Part shown: positions 40,692 through 50,886 of the stretch, one piece after another
Layout: every line of letters begins with the position of its first letter
Position numbering within the stretch: position 1 is the stretch's first letter
Source of the DNA: an uncultured Bacteroidales bacterium
GTDB taxonomy: Bacteria > Bacteroidota > Bacteroidia > Bacteroidales > GCA-2748055
Direction of reading: 5' to 3'
Assembly (NCBI GenBank): GCA_963753765.1
Contig: CAVWDQ010000023.1
Location: 136,586 to 200,585 of the forward strand
DNA: 64,000 nucleotides
Translations under genes and position numbers: made by a program
Notes under the pieces: model-generated
Told to the model about the DNA's origin: nothing
Database searches by the model: none
Seen by the model: the letters and a program-made list of their open reading frames with translations, nothing else

Positions 40692-43306
40692 ATGAAAAAT
40701 TTTAAGCTTCTTTCCATTTTTGGTCTGCTGTTCTTTCTCACAGCATGTAAGAGCCCTGAGCAAGCTGACTCGAATTATGAATATCCCTTCCAGAATCCTT
40801 CCCTGGATATTGATAAACGGGTGGATGACCTGGTGGGCCGCCTGAGCATCGATGAAAAAGCGAAACAGCTCTTTAACGAGGCACCGGCCATTGAACGACT
40901 TGGGATACCGAAATACAACTGGTGGAACGAGTGTCTTCATGGGGTGGCACGGGCCGGCAAGGCCACCGTCTTCCCCCAGGCCATTGGACTGGCAGCCACC
41001 TTTGATGAGGATCTGATGTTTCGGGTTGGCACGGCCATCTCGGATGAGGGAAGGGCCAAACATCACTACTTTGCCCGGAACGGAGCCAGAGGAATATACA
41101 TGGGACTTACCTACTGGTCGCCCAACATTAACATCTTCAGGGATCCCCGCTGGGGACGCGGACAGGAAACCTACGGGGAAGATCCCTATCTCACGGGCAG
41201 ACTGGCTGTTAATTTTGTGAATGGATTGCAGGGGGACCATCCCCAATACCTGAAATCCATTGCCACAGTAAAGCACTACGCGGTACACAGCGGGCCCGAG
41301 TTTACCCGTCATGTGGATAATATTTTTGTCAATGACCGTGACCTTTACGAGACCTACCTCCCAGCCTTTAAAATGGCCATCGAGGAGGCCAATGTACAGT
41401 CTGTCATGTGTGCCTATAACCGCTTCAGGGACCAGCCCTGTTGCGGATCAAACCTGCTTCTCGGTAAGATTCTGAGAGAAGAATTCGGATTTTCCGGATA
41501 CGTGGTCACCGATTGCGGTGCCATATCGGATTTTTATACGGAAGGGCATCACCTGGTGGTGGAAACTCCCGAGCAGGGCTGGGGATGGTCGCTGGCCACC
41601 GGTGCCGATCTGAATTGCGAAGAAAGCAGGGCCTTCCTGGAAAACATTGATTCTGCACTGCATGTGGGCATCATCAATGTAAAAGACATCAATACCTCCA
41701 TATCCCGTTTGTTCAAGGCAAGATTTCAACTGGGCTTCTTCGATCCGGAAGAAGACAATCCATATACCAGCATTCCCATGTCGGTGGTGGGATCGGAAGA
41801 GCATTTGAAGCTGAGCCTGGAAGCTGCTGAGAAATCGATGGTTCTTTTGAAGAACGATGGAATTCTGCCTCTGGATAAAAGCAAGAAGGTGGCCCTGATC
41901 GGTCCCAATGCCAACAACTTTGCCATCCTGATCGGCAATTATAATGGTGATCCCGTGGAGCCTGTTACTCCGCTGGATGGTTTCAGGGAAGTGCTCGGGG
42001 ACCAGGTGATATATACCCCTGGATCTCCACTGGCTCCCGGGATCTATTCCGATTACCGGCTCATCGGACCCGAAATGTTCTACCATTATTCGGAGGGCAA
42101 ACTGGAGCCCGGACTGCTGGGAACTTACTTCTCGAGTACTGATTTCAGCGGGGAAGCGGCTAAGGAGCAGATCGATCCTTCCATAGATTTCCGCTGGGAA
42201 TTCTCACCGGCTACAGAGGTAATGGATGAACCATTCTCGGTAAAATGGGAAGGAGTCCTGAGTACCTGAGCTGACAGGGGATTATCTTTTTGAAGGGAAT
42301 GTAAGTCTGACACTGGACAACAGGCCTGTGAGTGATCAAAGTTCATCTGGTGGCAGGTAAAGAATATAAACTGGAAGTAAAGCATGTTGCCAGGGCTTTC
42401 TGGTGGAGCAGCAATTACCAGCAGCAGTTTGCGAAACTAAGCTGGTTTGATACTTCCAGGGACCTGGAAGCAGAAGCCCTGAAAGCAGCCAGTGAGGCAG
42501 ATGTAATAATCTTTTGCGGAGGCATATCCTCCAACCTGGAAGGCGAGGAAATGCCCATCGAGACCGATGGTTTTGCTCATGGTGACAGGACCCATATTAA
42601 ACTTCCGGCGGTTCAGGAGGACCTATTGATGAAGCTTCATAAAACAGGTAAACCCGTTGTTTATGTCAACTTTAGCGGCAGCGCCATTGCACTGAACTGG
42701 CAGGAGGAAAATTTGCCGGCCATTATCCAGGCCTTCTATCCCGGCGAGGCCACCGGTCATGCGCTTACCCGGATCATCTATGGAGAGACCAATCCCTCCG
42801 GCAGATTGCCTGTCACCTTCTACAAATCCGTCGATGATTTGCCCGATTTCCTGGACTACCAGATGGAGGGCCGGACCTACCGTTACTTCCGGGGCGATCC
42901 ACTCTATGAATTTGGCTACGGACTCAGCTATACCCAATTCGAATACAGCAACCTGGTACTGCCTGATGAGGTAGAGATCGGAGAGTCAATTTCAGTTTCA
43001 GTGGAGGTGCGTAACTCGGGCAACAGGGATGGTCGCGAGGTGGTGCAACTATACATCAGCGACGAAGTGGCCAGTGTTCCTGTACCTCTAAGGGCCCTGG
43101 CTGGAATTCAGCCCATATTCCTGAAAGCCGGGGAGACCAGGACCGTATCCTTTGATATCGATCCGGATCAATTCTCCCTGATAGACGAGAACTACATACG
43201 GAAGGTGGAACCCGGAGAGTTTCTGATCTCAGTGGGAGGTTCCCAGCCAGATGAAGGGGCCATTGCCGAAGCTAAGGTGGTTACTGGAAGGGTAAAGGTC
43301 CGTTAG
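40692..43306 (+). pseudogene. GH3 beta-glucosidase/xylosidase with PA14 insertion, two frameshifts
   Basis: ORFs 40692-42269 (frame 0) and 42332-43306 (frame 2). GH3 motifs are NWWNECLHGV, FSGYVVTDCGAI and GETNPSGRLPVTFY...EFGYGLSYTQFEY. The intermediate frame reads VPELTGDYLFEGNVSLTLDNRPV (PA14). The shifts are near 42259 and 42331. Confidence 0.85.
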
Positions 43307-43600
43307 ATAGCCAATAAAGCACTTTCTATAAACTCCTTATCGGGATACCACCTGTAGATTATTGCCTTGTACGATCCAGCCTATGCATTTGCTTTTCATC
43401 TGTTCTCCTGGATACGCTATTTAGATTCATTGTAGAAACCATAGAAATCTTACTACAATGGCATTATATTTCCTAGAAAAGATTAATATGCGCCCTCAAA
43501 TTTTCAATCCATATATAGATTGTTCTAAGGGCAAAACTGCCTGGCGCAAAAGCTCCCCACTTAAATAAATAACTCCGAAATCATTTGAAAATCGTCTGAT

Positions 43601-44095
43601 ATGAAAATTGTTATTGTTATTGATAGCTGGAACAAAGGAAATGGTGGAGTTGTTGTAACCCACACCCTTGTGAAAGAATTGCAAGCGAGGGGGCATGAAA
43701 TTTCTCTAGTGACAACAGCGGGCATATCAGCCTCGGAATTCAAAGGTACGGTGCATGAAATTAAGGGTTTCTATCTTCCCGGGATCAAAGAATCGTTAGA
43801 GTATGGGATTTAAATTTGGCATAGGCCAGAAGAAGGTATTCCGAAATGCTTTTAAAGGGGCAGATCTTGTCCATGTGGTTTTCCCCTTTTTTATGTCAAG
43901 GAATGCGGCCTGGGTTGCCCGCAAATGAAGCTTCCCCTTATGGGAGCTGCCCATATTCAGTCCCAGAATCTGACTGGCGCCATGGGGAAAGATAATAAGA
44001 CCCTGGATTGGCTTTTCAATAATTGGTTCAACTTTCAACTTTTCAACAGGGCAAGTGCCATACATTATCCGTCCGATCTGGCAGCTGATATTCTG
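43601..44095 (+). pseudogene. remnant of a GT4-type glycosyltransferase (N-terminal roughly 165 codons only, two frameshifts)
   Basis: MKIVIVIDSWNKGNGGVVVTHTLVKELQARGHEISLV continues in other frames as FKFGIGQKKVFRNAFKGADLVHVVFPFFMSRNAAWVARK and then KLPLMGAAHIQSQNLTGAMGKD...AIHYPSDLAADIL. There is no C-terminal Rossmann domain, and the sequence runs directly into GH3-like sequence. Confidence 0.55.
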
Positions 44096-45163
44096 GATTC
44101 ATGCCCACCGGGTAGCAGCCGATGGAAAACATGCGGCCGAACTGGCTTTAAAGGCCGGAGTGAATATCGAATTGCCCAATCCCGACTGCTATCTGCATAT
44201 TGTAGCGCTGGTCAATGAAGGCCGAATTGCCGAAGGGTGCCGGATTACCATCGGGGGAAGCTGGATGGAAGATGAAGTGGTTTTCCCGGATCCGGAAGAG
44301 GAAAGGCAAAAAATTACCGAAGCGGTCAGAGTGGTAAGGGGGGCTGATGTGGTTATCCTTGTTGTGGGTGGAAACGAACAAACATCCAGAGAAGCCTGGA
44401 ACATTTATCATTTGGGCGATAGAAGCAGACTGGAACTTGTGGGTATGCAGAATGAACTGATTAATGCATTGCATGAAACAAGTAAGCCCATTGTCAGCTT
44501 AGTAATCAATGGACGACCCCTGGATCTTCGCAATCTCATAGACAAATCTTTGGCGGTCTTTTGAATGTTCGTACCCGAGTAGCAGAAAGACAGGAGAAGG
44601 GATGGACAACGCTTCTGTTTTCGTGTACAGACCCTATTTGGCAGGAAACTGCCCATATCCTTCCCACGTTCAGCCGGACACCTCGCGGTGTATTATAACC
44701 ACAAGCCTTCGGCCAGACGGGGTTTTTTCAATGTGGATATGAGCCCCCTCTGTACCCTTGCAGTTAAGGATTAAGCTACACCACCTTTGAAATGACCAAT
44801 TTGCAACTCGAAAAAAGGGAGAAGATCAGCCATCGGTCGGAGTCCGTCCGGGTGTACATCAATGTGCGCAATACAGGGACAAGGAAGGCGATGAGGTGGT
44901 GCAAATGTATATCCGTGATGAGCTGAGCACCGTCACCAGGCCTGTAAAGGAGTTAAAAGATTTTGCAATGATAACTCTTGAATCACAGCGGAGAAAACAG
45001 AGCCGTAGAGCTGGAGATCACCCCGGGACAAACTGAAATACTACGACATCCATATGGATTATGTCGTAGAAGCTTGGTCAATATCACCATCCTAGTCATG
45101 GGAACTGATGCTCCTGATAAGGATCTACAGGAAATCCGGCTTCTTGTAGAAGCAGATCATTGA
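44096..45163 (+). pseudogene. remnant of a second GH3 (BglX-like): N-terminus missing, internal deletion, many frameshifts and an in-frame stop
   Basis: HRVAADGKHAAELALKAGVNIELP...LVNEGRIAE jumps to AVRVVRGADVVILVVGGNEQTSREAW...GDRSRLELVGMQNELINAL...PIVSLVINGRPLD. Shattered pieces follow (GKLPISFPRS, PLYPCS*GLSYTTFE with TAA at 44765-44767, EVVQMYIRDELSTVTRPVKELKDF), ending at the stop 45161-45163. Confidence 0.7.
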
Positions 45164-45284
45164 ACCAGGGCTATACCCATTGCCTGTCTTGTATACCTTG
45201 TCACTATAAGTCAGAATTATTACTTTATGTTTCCATTTATAACCTTTTCAAGCTGATAAAAAAAGTCATTCAACGGTTGTTTAT

Positions 45285-45296
45285 TTAATCGATTAA
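45285..45296. promoter_or_regulatory. perfect 12-bp palindrome TTAATCGATTAA, candidate LacI-family operator
   Basis: Read directly from the sequence. It is centred on CG, as many LacI/GalR operators are, and lies 60-78 nt upstream of the possible starts of the LacI-type regulator gene. Confidence 0.35.
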
Positions 45297-45299
45297 GCA

Positions 45300-45307
45300 T
45301 ATATTTG
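45300..45307 (+). promoter_or_regulatory. candidate Bacteroidota -7 promoter element (TATATTTG, consensus TAnnTTTG)
   Basis: Exact match to TAnnTTTG, 49 nt upstream of ATG 45356 and 67 nt upstream of ATG 45374. It sits immediately 3' of the palindrome. Confidence 0.3.
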
Positions 45308-45373
45308 ATTTTATCAGGTTCGTAGCTTGACAAGAATACCTAAAAATGGTTCGAGATGCAGAGAAGGGCTTCA

Positions 45374-46354
45374 ATGAAGGATATAGCGAACAAGGTAGTA
45401 GTCTCCATTGCTCTGGTATCCTATGTATTGAATGGCCAGAAAGGAAAAAAGAGTCGGTGCAGAAGTAGTTAGAAAGATTAGAGAAGCAGCGGAAGAATTA
45501 AACTATCAGCCCAATCAGATTGCCCGAAGCTTGAGGATGAAATCGACCAAAACCATAGGATTGGTTGTAGCTGATATTGCCAACCCCTTTTTTGGACATC
45601 TTGCGCGAATCATTGAGAATGAAGCTAATAACTTTGGATATACAGTAATATTCGGCAGCTCAGATGAAGATGACTTTAAATCCGAGTCTGTGATCAACAC
45701 CCTGTTAAACAGACAGGTGGACGGATTTATTATTGTTCCAACAGAGGGCTCTCGCGAACAGATAAGAAGCCTAGTAAAGAAAAAGGTTCCACTTGTGCTA
45801 ATCGATAGATACTTCTCGGAACTTAATACCAACCATGTAGTCCTTGACAATTTTCAGGCAACCTATGAAGCAACATCGCACCTGATAAAAGAGGGATATA
45901 TTGACATTGCCATGGTTGCCTACAAAAACAGCCTGATTCATATGAAAGAACGGATCAGGGTTATAAAGAGGCCATGGCCGCTAACAAACTGAGCGAACAT
46001 ATCAAGGTCATTGAGATTAACTATGCCCTGTACAATGAAGAGTTTTCAGAGTTATTCAATGAACTGGATATTGAGACTCAAAATAGAAGCGCCTTCATTT
46101 TTGCCACCAACGCCCTGTCTCTTAGTGGGTTATACTGTATTAACAAGAAATGCCTTAAAATTCCTGAAGATTTTGCTTTCATAGGGTTTGATGGCGGCGA
46201 AAGCTTTGATTTGTTCAATCCTCCCCTGAGCTATGTAAAACAACCCCTCGAAGAAATGGGAAAAGAATCATTCAGCATTCTTATGAATGCCATCTCAGGG
46301 TCAAATAAAATCACTCAAATCATGCTTAGTCCTTCCTTGATTATCAGAGGGTAA
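45374..46354 (+). pseudogene. LacI family transcriptional regulator, two frameshifts
   Basis: The HTH reads MKDIANKVVVSIALVSYVLNGQKGK in frame 2. Frame 0 then reads RVGAEVVRKIREAAEELNYQPNQIARSL...IGLVVADIANPFF (shift at the A6 run 45445-45450). Frame 2 then reads GYKEAMAANKL...FIGFDGGESFDL (shift near 45955-45965). Confidence 0.8.
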
Positions 46355-46382
46355 AGTGGTGGTTAAATTTTTTTTCGTTTGC

Positions 46383-46394
46383 TTAAACGATTAT
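46383..46394. promoter_or_regulatory. degenerate copy (TTAAACGATTAT, 10 of 12) of the upstream palindrome, 25 nt before the fucI start
   Basis: Read directly from the sequence. It shares the central CGATTA with the 45285-45296 palindrome, and its position fits an operator for the fuc genes. Confidence 0.2.
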
Positions 46395-46418
46395 GCAAAA
46401 CATAAAAATAAATATATA

Positions 46419-48168
46419 ATGACGAACAGACTTATTGGCCGATTGCCAAAAGTGGGCATCAGCCCTGTAATTGATGGCCGTGAACATGGGATCAGGGAAT
46501 CCCTTGAGGAGCAGACAATGAAAATGGCTCAGGCTGCAGCCCAGCTCATTGAAAAAAATCTTAGTTTTCCCTCCGGTGAAAAGGTGACATGCGTAATTGC
46601 CGACAATAATATCGGTGGAGTTGCGGACGCAGCATTATGTTCCGTCCTGTTTGCCAGGGAAGGAGTAGGTGTTTCACTAACTGTAACTCCATGCTGGTGC
46701 TACGGTACTGAGGTAATGGATACTGACCCACTGATCCCAAAAGCCATTTGGGGATTTAACGGAACCGAGCGACCCGGGGCTGTTTACCTGGCTGCTGCAC
46801 TGGCAGGATATACTCAAAAAGGACTCCCTGCATTTGGAATTTACGGGAGGGATGTGCAGGATGCCGGGGACCATTCAATTCCTGAAGATGTGCAGGAAAA
46901 GATTCTACGATTTGTGAAGGCAGGTCTGGCCGTTGCCCAGATGAAAGGTAAATCATACCTCTCTCTGGGTTATACATCCATGGGTATTGTCGGTTCAATG
47001 GTGGATACCGATTTCTTCCAGGATTATCTGGGTATCCGAACCGAGTTTGTTGATATGCAGAGATTCTGAGAAGGATCGAATTAAGATCTATGACAAGGAG
47101 GAATATAGAAAGCCTGGGCTGGACAAAAGAGAATGCAAGGAAGGACCGATTGAACAAAAAACCGTCAGATCGAAAACGAAAGAATGGAATGGGAAATAGT
47201 CGTAAGATGACCCTGATTGCCGAGATCTGATGGTCGGGAATCCGAAGCTTTCAGCATAAGGGTTTGGTGAAGAGGCAGGGACGGAATGCGATTGCAGGAG
47301 GTTTCCAGGGACAGCGCCAGTGGACAGATTTCTATCCTAATGGAGATTTTACTGAAGCCATGCTGAATTCGTCATTTGATTGGAACGGGATCCGGGAAGC
47401 ATTCGTCTTTGCCACTGAGAATGACAGTCTGAATGCAGTGTCAATGCTATTTGGTCATTTGTTGACAAATACCGCCCAGATTTTTTCGGATGTACGAACA
47501 TACTGGAGTCCGGAATCCGTGAAAAGAGTATCGGGCCATGAGTTAGATGGAATGGCTCGAAGGATTTATCCATTATAAATTCCGGTTCAACCACTCTGGA
47601 TGCAACAGCACAACAAAGGGATGAAAGGTAATCCTGTGATGAAACCCTGCTGGGATATTCAACAGAAGGAAGTCGAAAAATGCCTTGAAAAAACCCGTGG
47701 TGCCCGGCAAACAAAGAGTATTTCAGGGGGGGGTTTTTCCTCTCAGTTTAAAACTGCTGGTCAAATGCCAGTACCATGTCCAGAGTTAACCTGGTTAAAG
47801 GTCTGGGGCCTGTCTTGCAGTTGGCTGAAGGATGGACCATTGAATTACCTGAGAAATTCATGCTATTCTGATGAACGTACAGATCCCACCTGGCCTACCA
47901 CCTGGTTTGTTCCCAGAACCGACAGGAAGGGCCATTCAGGGACGTCTATTCGGTGATGGCCAACTGGGGTGCCAACCACGGGGCCATCTCCTATGGGCAT
48001 ATTGGGGCAGATCTTATTACTCTTGCTTCGGCATTACGTATTCCTGTTTGCATGCATAACGTTGAAGCAGAATCAATTTTCAGGCCCAGCGCATGGAGTG
48101 CCTTTGGAAGCCATGAAAGCGCTGATTTCAGAGCCTGTAATAATTATGGACCGATTTATTCAATATGA
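46419..48168 (+). pseudogene. fucI: L-fucose isomerase, heavily disrupted (at least ten frame changes plus an in-frame TAA)
   Basis: The N-terminal 214 codons are intact ([26 protein letters not shown]...TVTPCWCYG...[17 protein letters not shown]). The rest is recoverable only by hopping frames ([103 protein letters not shown]). There is a TAA at 47257-47259. Confidence 0.9.
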
Positions 48169-48183
48169 TTGAAAACGATAGAA

Positions 48184-49413
48184 ATGATGAATGCAATCTC
48201 ATTCTTGAACCCGGCATGGGCAGTAACATATGCTCTATTCTTTATTCTGATGGGCTGTTCATCCTCAGGAAGTAAAAAGATAAGGCGAAATTCCTTTAAC
48301 AAAGGAAGTTACGGCTATGATGTGACTTCCTTTCCAGATACAAAATTGATTGTATTGAACTCAAGGATAAGGAAGCAGCGCACGCGTTTTAATTGTCCTG
48401 AATTCCAGGGAAGGGTCATGACAAGCAGTGCCAATGGAGAGGAGGAAAGAGTTTTGGCTGGATCAATTACTCCTATATCGAATCCGGAAAGAGGAATGAT
48501 CAATTTAATCCTTTTGGCGGGAAGAGCGACTATGGCTGGGCCCGGAAGGAGGGGTATTTTCCTTTATTTTGAACAGGGTGACGAACAGGTTTTTACCAAT
48601 GGCGGGTACCTAAAGAACTGATACAGAATCTTCGACTAATTCCCAGAACACCCATTCCATAAGCTTAAGAAAAGATTTTTCACTGGTCAATGCATCCGAA
48701 GCAAGCATGGAATCGGTCTTGAAGGAAGGTAAGTTTGATGAGTCCTGAAGATGTAAGAAATGCCCTGAATCTGATCATGGATGATTCGCTGAAGTGGTAG
48801 CCTATGAGTCGTATAATACTTTGATTAACCAGGGGAATCTAACTGGATGCACAAAGCGGTTTCCTGTCCCTGTGGTTACTCTCCATGTTTAATCCGTCCT
48901 CAGAAGGAGTCGTGTCATCCCGATCAGGATAGAAAATGAGAGTGAATTAGGCAACATAGTAAATGATGAATATTTTGGTAGAGTTCCTTCGGATCGCCTG
49001 AATACAAGACAATGCATTCTATTAAACCGATGGAGCACACGTAGCAAGATTCGGGTGTCTTCCAGAAGAGCTCTTCGATGGAGCCTGGCTTAGATCCCGA
49101 AAACAAGTTTGAGGTGCTATGGTATCCCAATCCGAGAAAGATGTACCCTACGTTAATTCTAAATGGGGATAAGGATGATCCTTTGGTCGGAGATGTGATC
49201 AACTCCACAACGATGGCCCAACTGAAGATGGATCTGTAATGGGACCCTTCTTTGAAATTGAGAGTTCATCTCCGGCAGCCATGCTTTCACCTGGTAACAG
49301 GCTTACCCACATCCAGCGTATTTTCCATTTTACCGGCAATGAAGATAAATCGAATGATATACCTGCACCTGGCCAATATATCCATTGATGATTTGAAAGG
49401 AGCATTTAAATAG
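48184..49413 (+). pseudogene. conserved hypothetical lipoprotein between fucI and fucP, many frameshifts
   Basis: ATG 48184 (MMNAISFLNPAWAVTYALFFILMGCSSS lipobox). Plus-strand pieces in all three frames carry protein-like segments (PEFQGRVMTSSANGEE, VPYVNSKWG, DKDDPLVGDVINS, NDGPTEDGSVMGPFFEIESSSPAAMLSPGNRLTHIQRIFHFTG, ISIDDLKGAFK, stop 49411-49413). The minus-strand ORFs here look like shadows. Confidence 0.45.
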
Positions 49414-49456
49414 GGCTCAAAACTGGAAATCCTGAAATGACTTTGTAGACCCCATC

Positions 49457-50886
49457 ATGGAGAAACAAGCAATTATCCCTAAGGGCATTGTGCTGCCTTT
49501 CATCCTTCTGTCCATCCTGTTTTTTGCATGGGCTGTGCCCAATAATCTGACAGACACCATGCTTGCAGCCTTTAAGCGAATCATGAGTTTATCTGATTCT
49601 AAAACGGCATGGATACAGGTAGCCTGCTACCTGCTTGGCTATGGGTGTTTTGCCATACCCGGGGCTATGTTTATTAAAAAGCATACCTATAAATCAGGGG
49701 TTTTGCTGGGCTGGGACTTTATAGTCTGGGTGCTTTTATGTTCTATCCTGCCATGCTTTTGTCTGAAGTAAACAACGCACATCAGTTTTTTAATGTTTCT
49801 TCTTGCTATCCTCGTACTTTTTGCCGGACTTTCTATTCTTGAAACCTCTACAAATTCCTACGTATGTGCCATCGGACCTGAACAAACAGCCACACAGCGC
49901 CTGAATTTTGCACAATCTTTCAATCCATTCGGGGCCATCACCGGAGTCGTAGTTAGCCAGGTATTTATCCTTTCCAGGCTTAACACTTTAACTGCCGTTG
50001 AGCGGGCGGCACTTCCAGCAGCTGAACTCACAAAAATTCAGGGTGTGGAATTACATGCAGTAAGCATGGCTTATATGACTCTAGTGCTGGTGATGTGCTT
50101 TCTTTTCCTGGCCATATTGTTCACCAAAATGCCCCCACTTAAGGAAGATGGAAGCAAAATTGATTTCAAGGGTACTTTCAAGCGACTGGCAAAAAACAGG
50201 AATTATGTCTGGGCTGTAATAGCTCAATTTTTATGGGTGGGAGCCCAGATAGCTGTATGGTCATTTATTATCAGGTATGCTATGCAACAGTTGCATCTGG
50301 ATGCAGTGTGATCTCCAGCCTGGGAGAACATCCATCTTCGGACCAAATTATTGCCAGTCTGCGTAATCTGTAAAATCTGCTGGCTGCAGGATTCTAGAAT
50401 TTTTGCGAATGGATTGGACTTGATGTGCTTCTACCGAGAACACCCGAACAGGCCGGAGCTACTTACTACATCATGTCTTTGCTATTGTTTGTACTTGGAC
50501 GATTCATTTGTACCGGACTTATGAATTTCTTCAAGCCTAAAAACCTTTTAACTGCCCTTGCCCTCCTGGCAGTGCTGTTATGTTTGATAACCATATATGG
50601 TCAGGGTCAGATTGGAATTTATGCCCTGATCGGAGTCTCAGGCTGCATGTCGCTGATGTTTCCCACCATCTACGGTCTGGGCATTGAAGGACTGGGAGAG
50701 GATACAAAAATGGGAGGAGCGGGAATGGTCATGGCCATTGCAGGTGCTGCATTTCTGACCCAGATTCAGGGGATCGTATCAGATCAGTCGGGGAATATTG
50801 AACTGGCCTATTGGGTACCAGCGATTGCATTTCTGATCATCACATACTACGCTGCTATTGTTAGCTGGAAAAAGAAAATTATATGA
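49457..50886 (+). pseudogene. fucP: L-fucose:H+ symporter (MFS), at least four frame disruptions
   Basis: Pieces are 49457-49771, an alternate-frame LGLYSLGAFMFYPAMLL, 49793-50311 (LETSTNSYVCAIGPEQTATQRLNFAQSFNPFGAITG, the FucP signature region) and 50425-50886 (GVSGCMSLMFPTIYGLGIEGLGEDTK). The last 460 nt are undisturbed. Confidence 0.8.

Noticed and set aside
2169-43306. Programmed ribosomal frameshifting or stop-codon recoding (selenocysteine, alternative genetic code) as an explanation for the split genes
   Set aside because: The breaks occur in many unrelated families, in both +1 and -1 directions, and without a shared slippery heptamer. Downstream halves are in a different frame, so stop read-through cannot rescue them. 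Intact genes terminate normally with TAA, TAG and TGA.
43428-43460. 8-bp inverted repeat CATTGTAG ... CTACAATG with a 17-nt loop in the AT-rich spacer after the GH3 gene
   Set aside because: It is short, not followed by a T-tract, and of a size expected by chance about once in ten in a 300-nt spacer. It is not strong enough to call a terminator or a binding site.
43307-45200. A mobile element or insertion sequence as the cause of the GT4/GH3 scar
   Set aside because: No transposase, integrase or recombinase ORF appears in any frame, and I found no terminal inverted repeats or target duplications.
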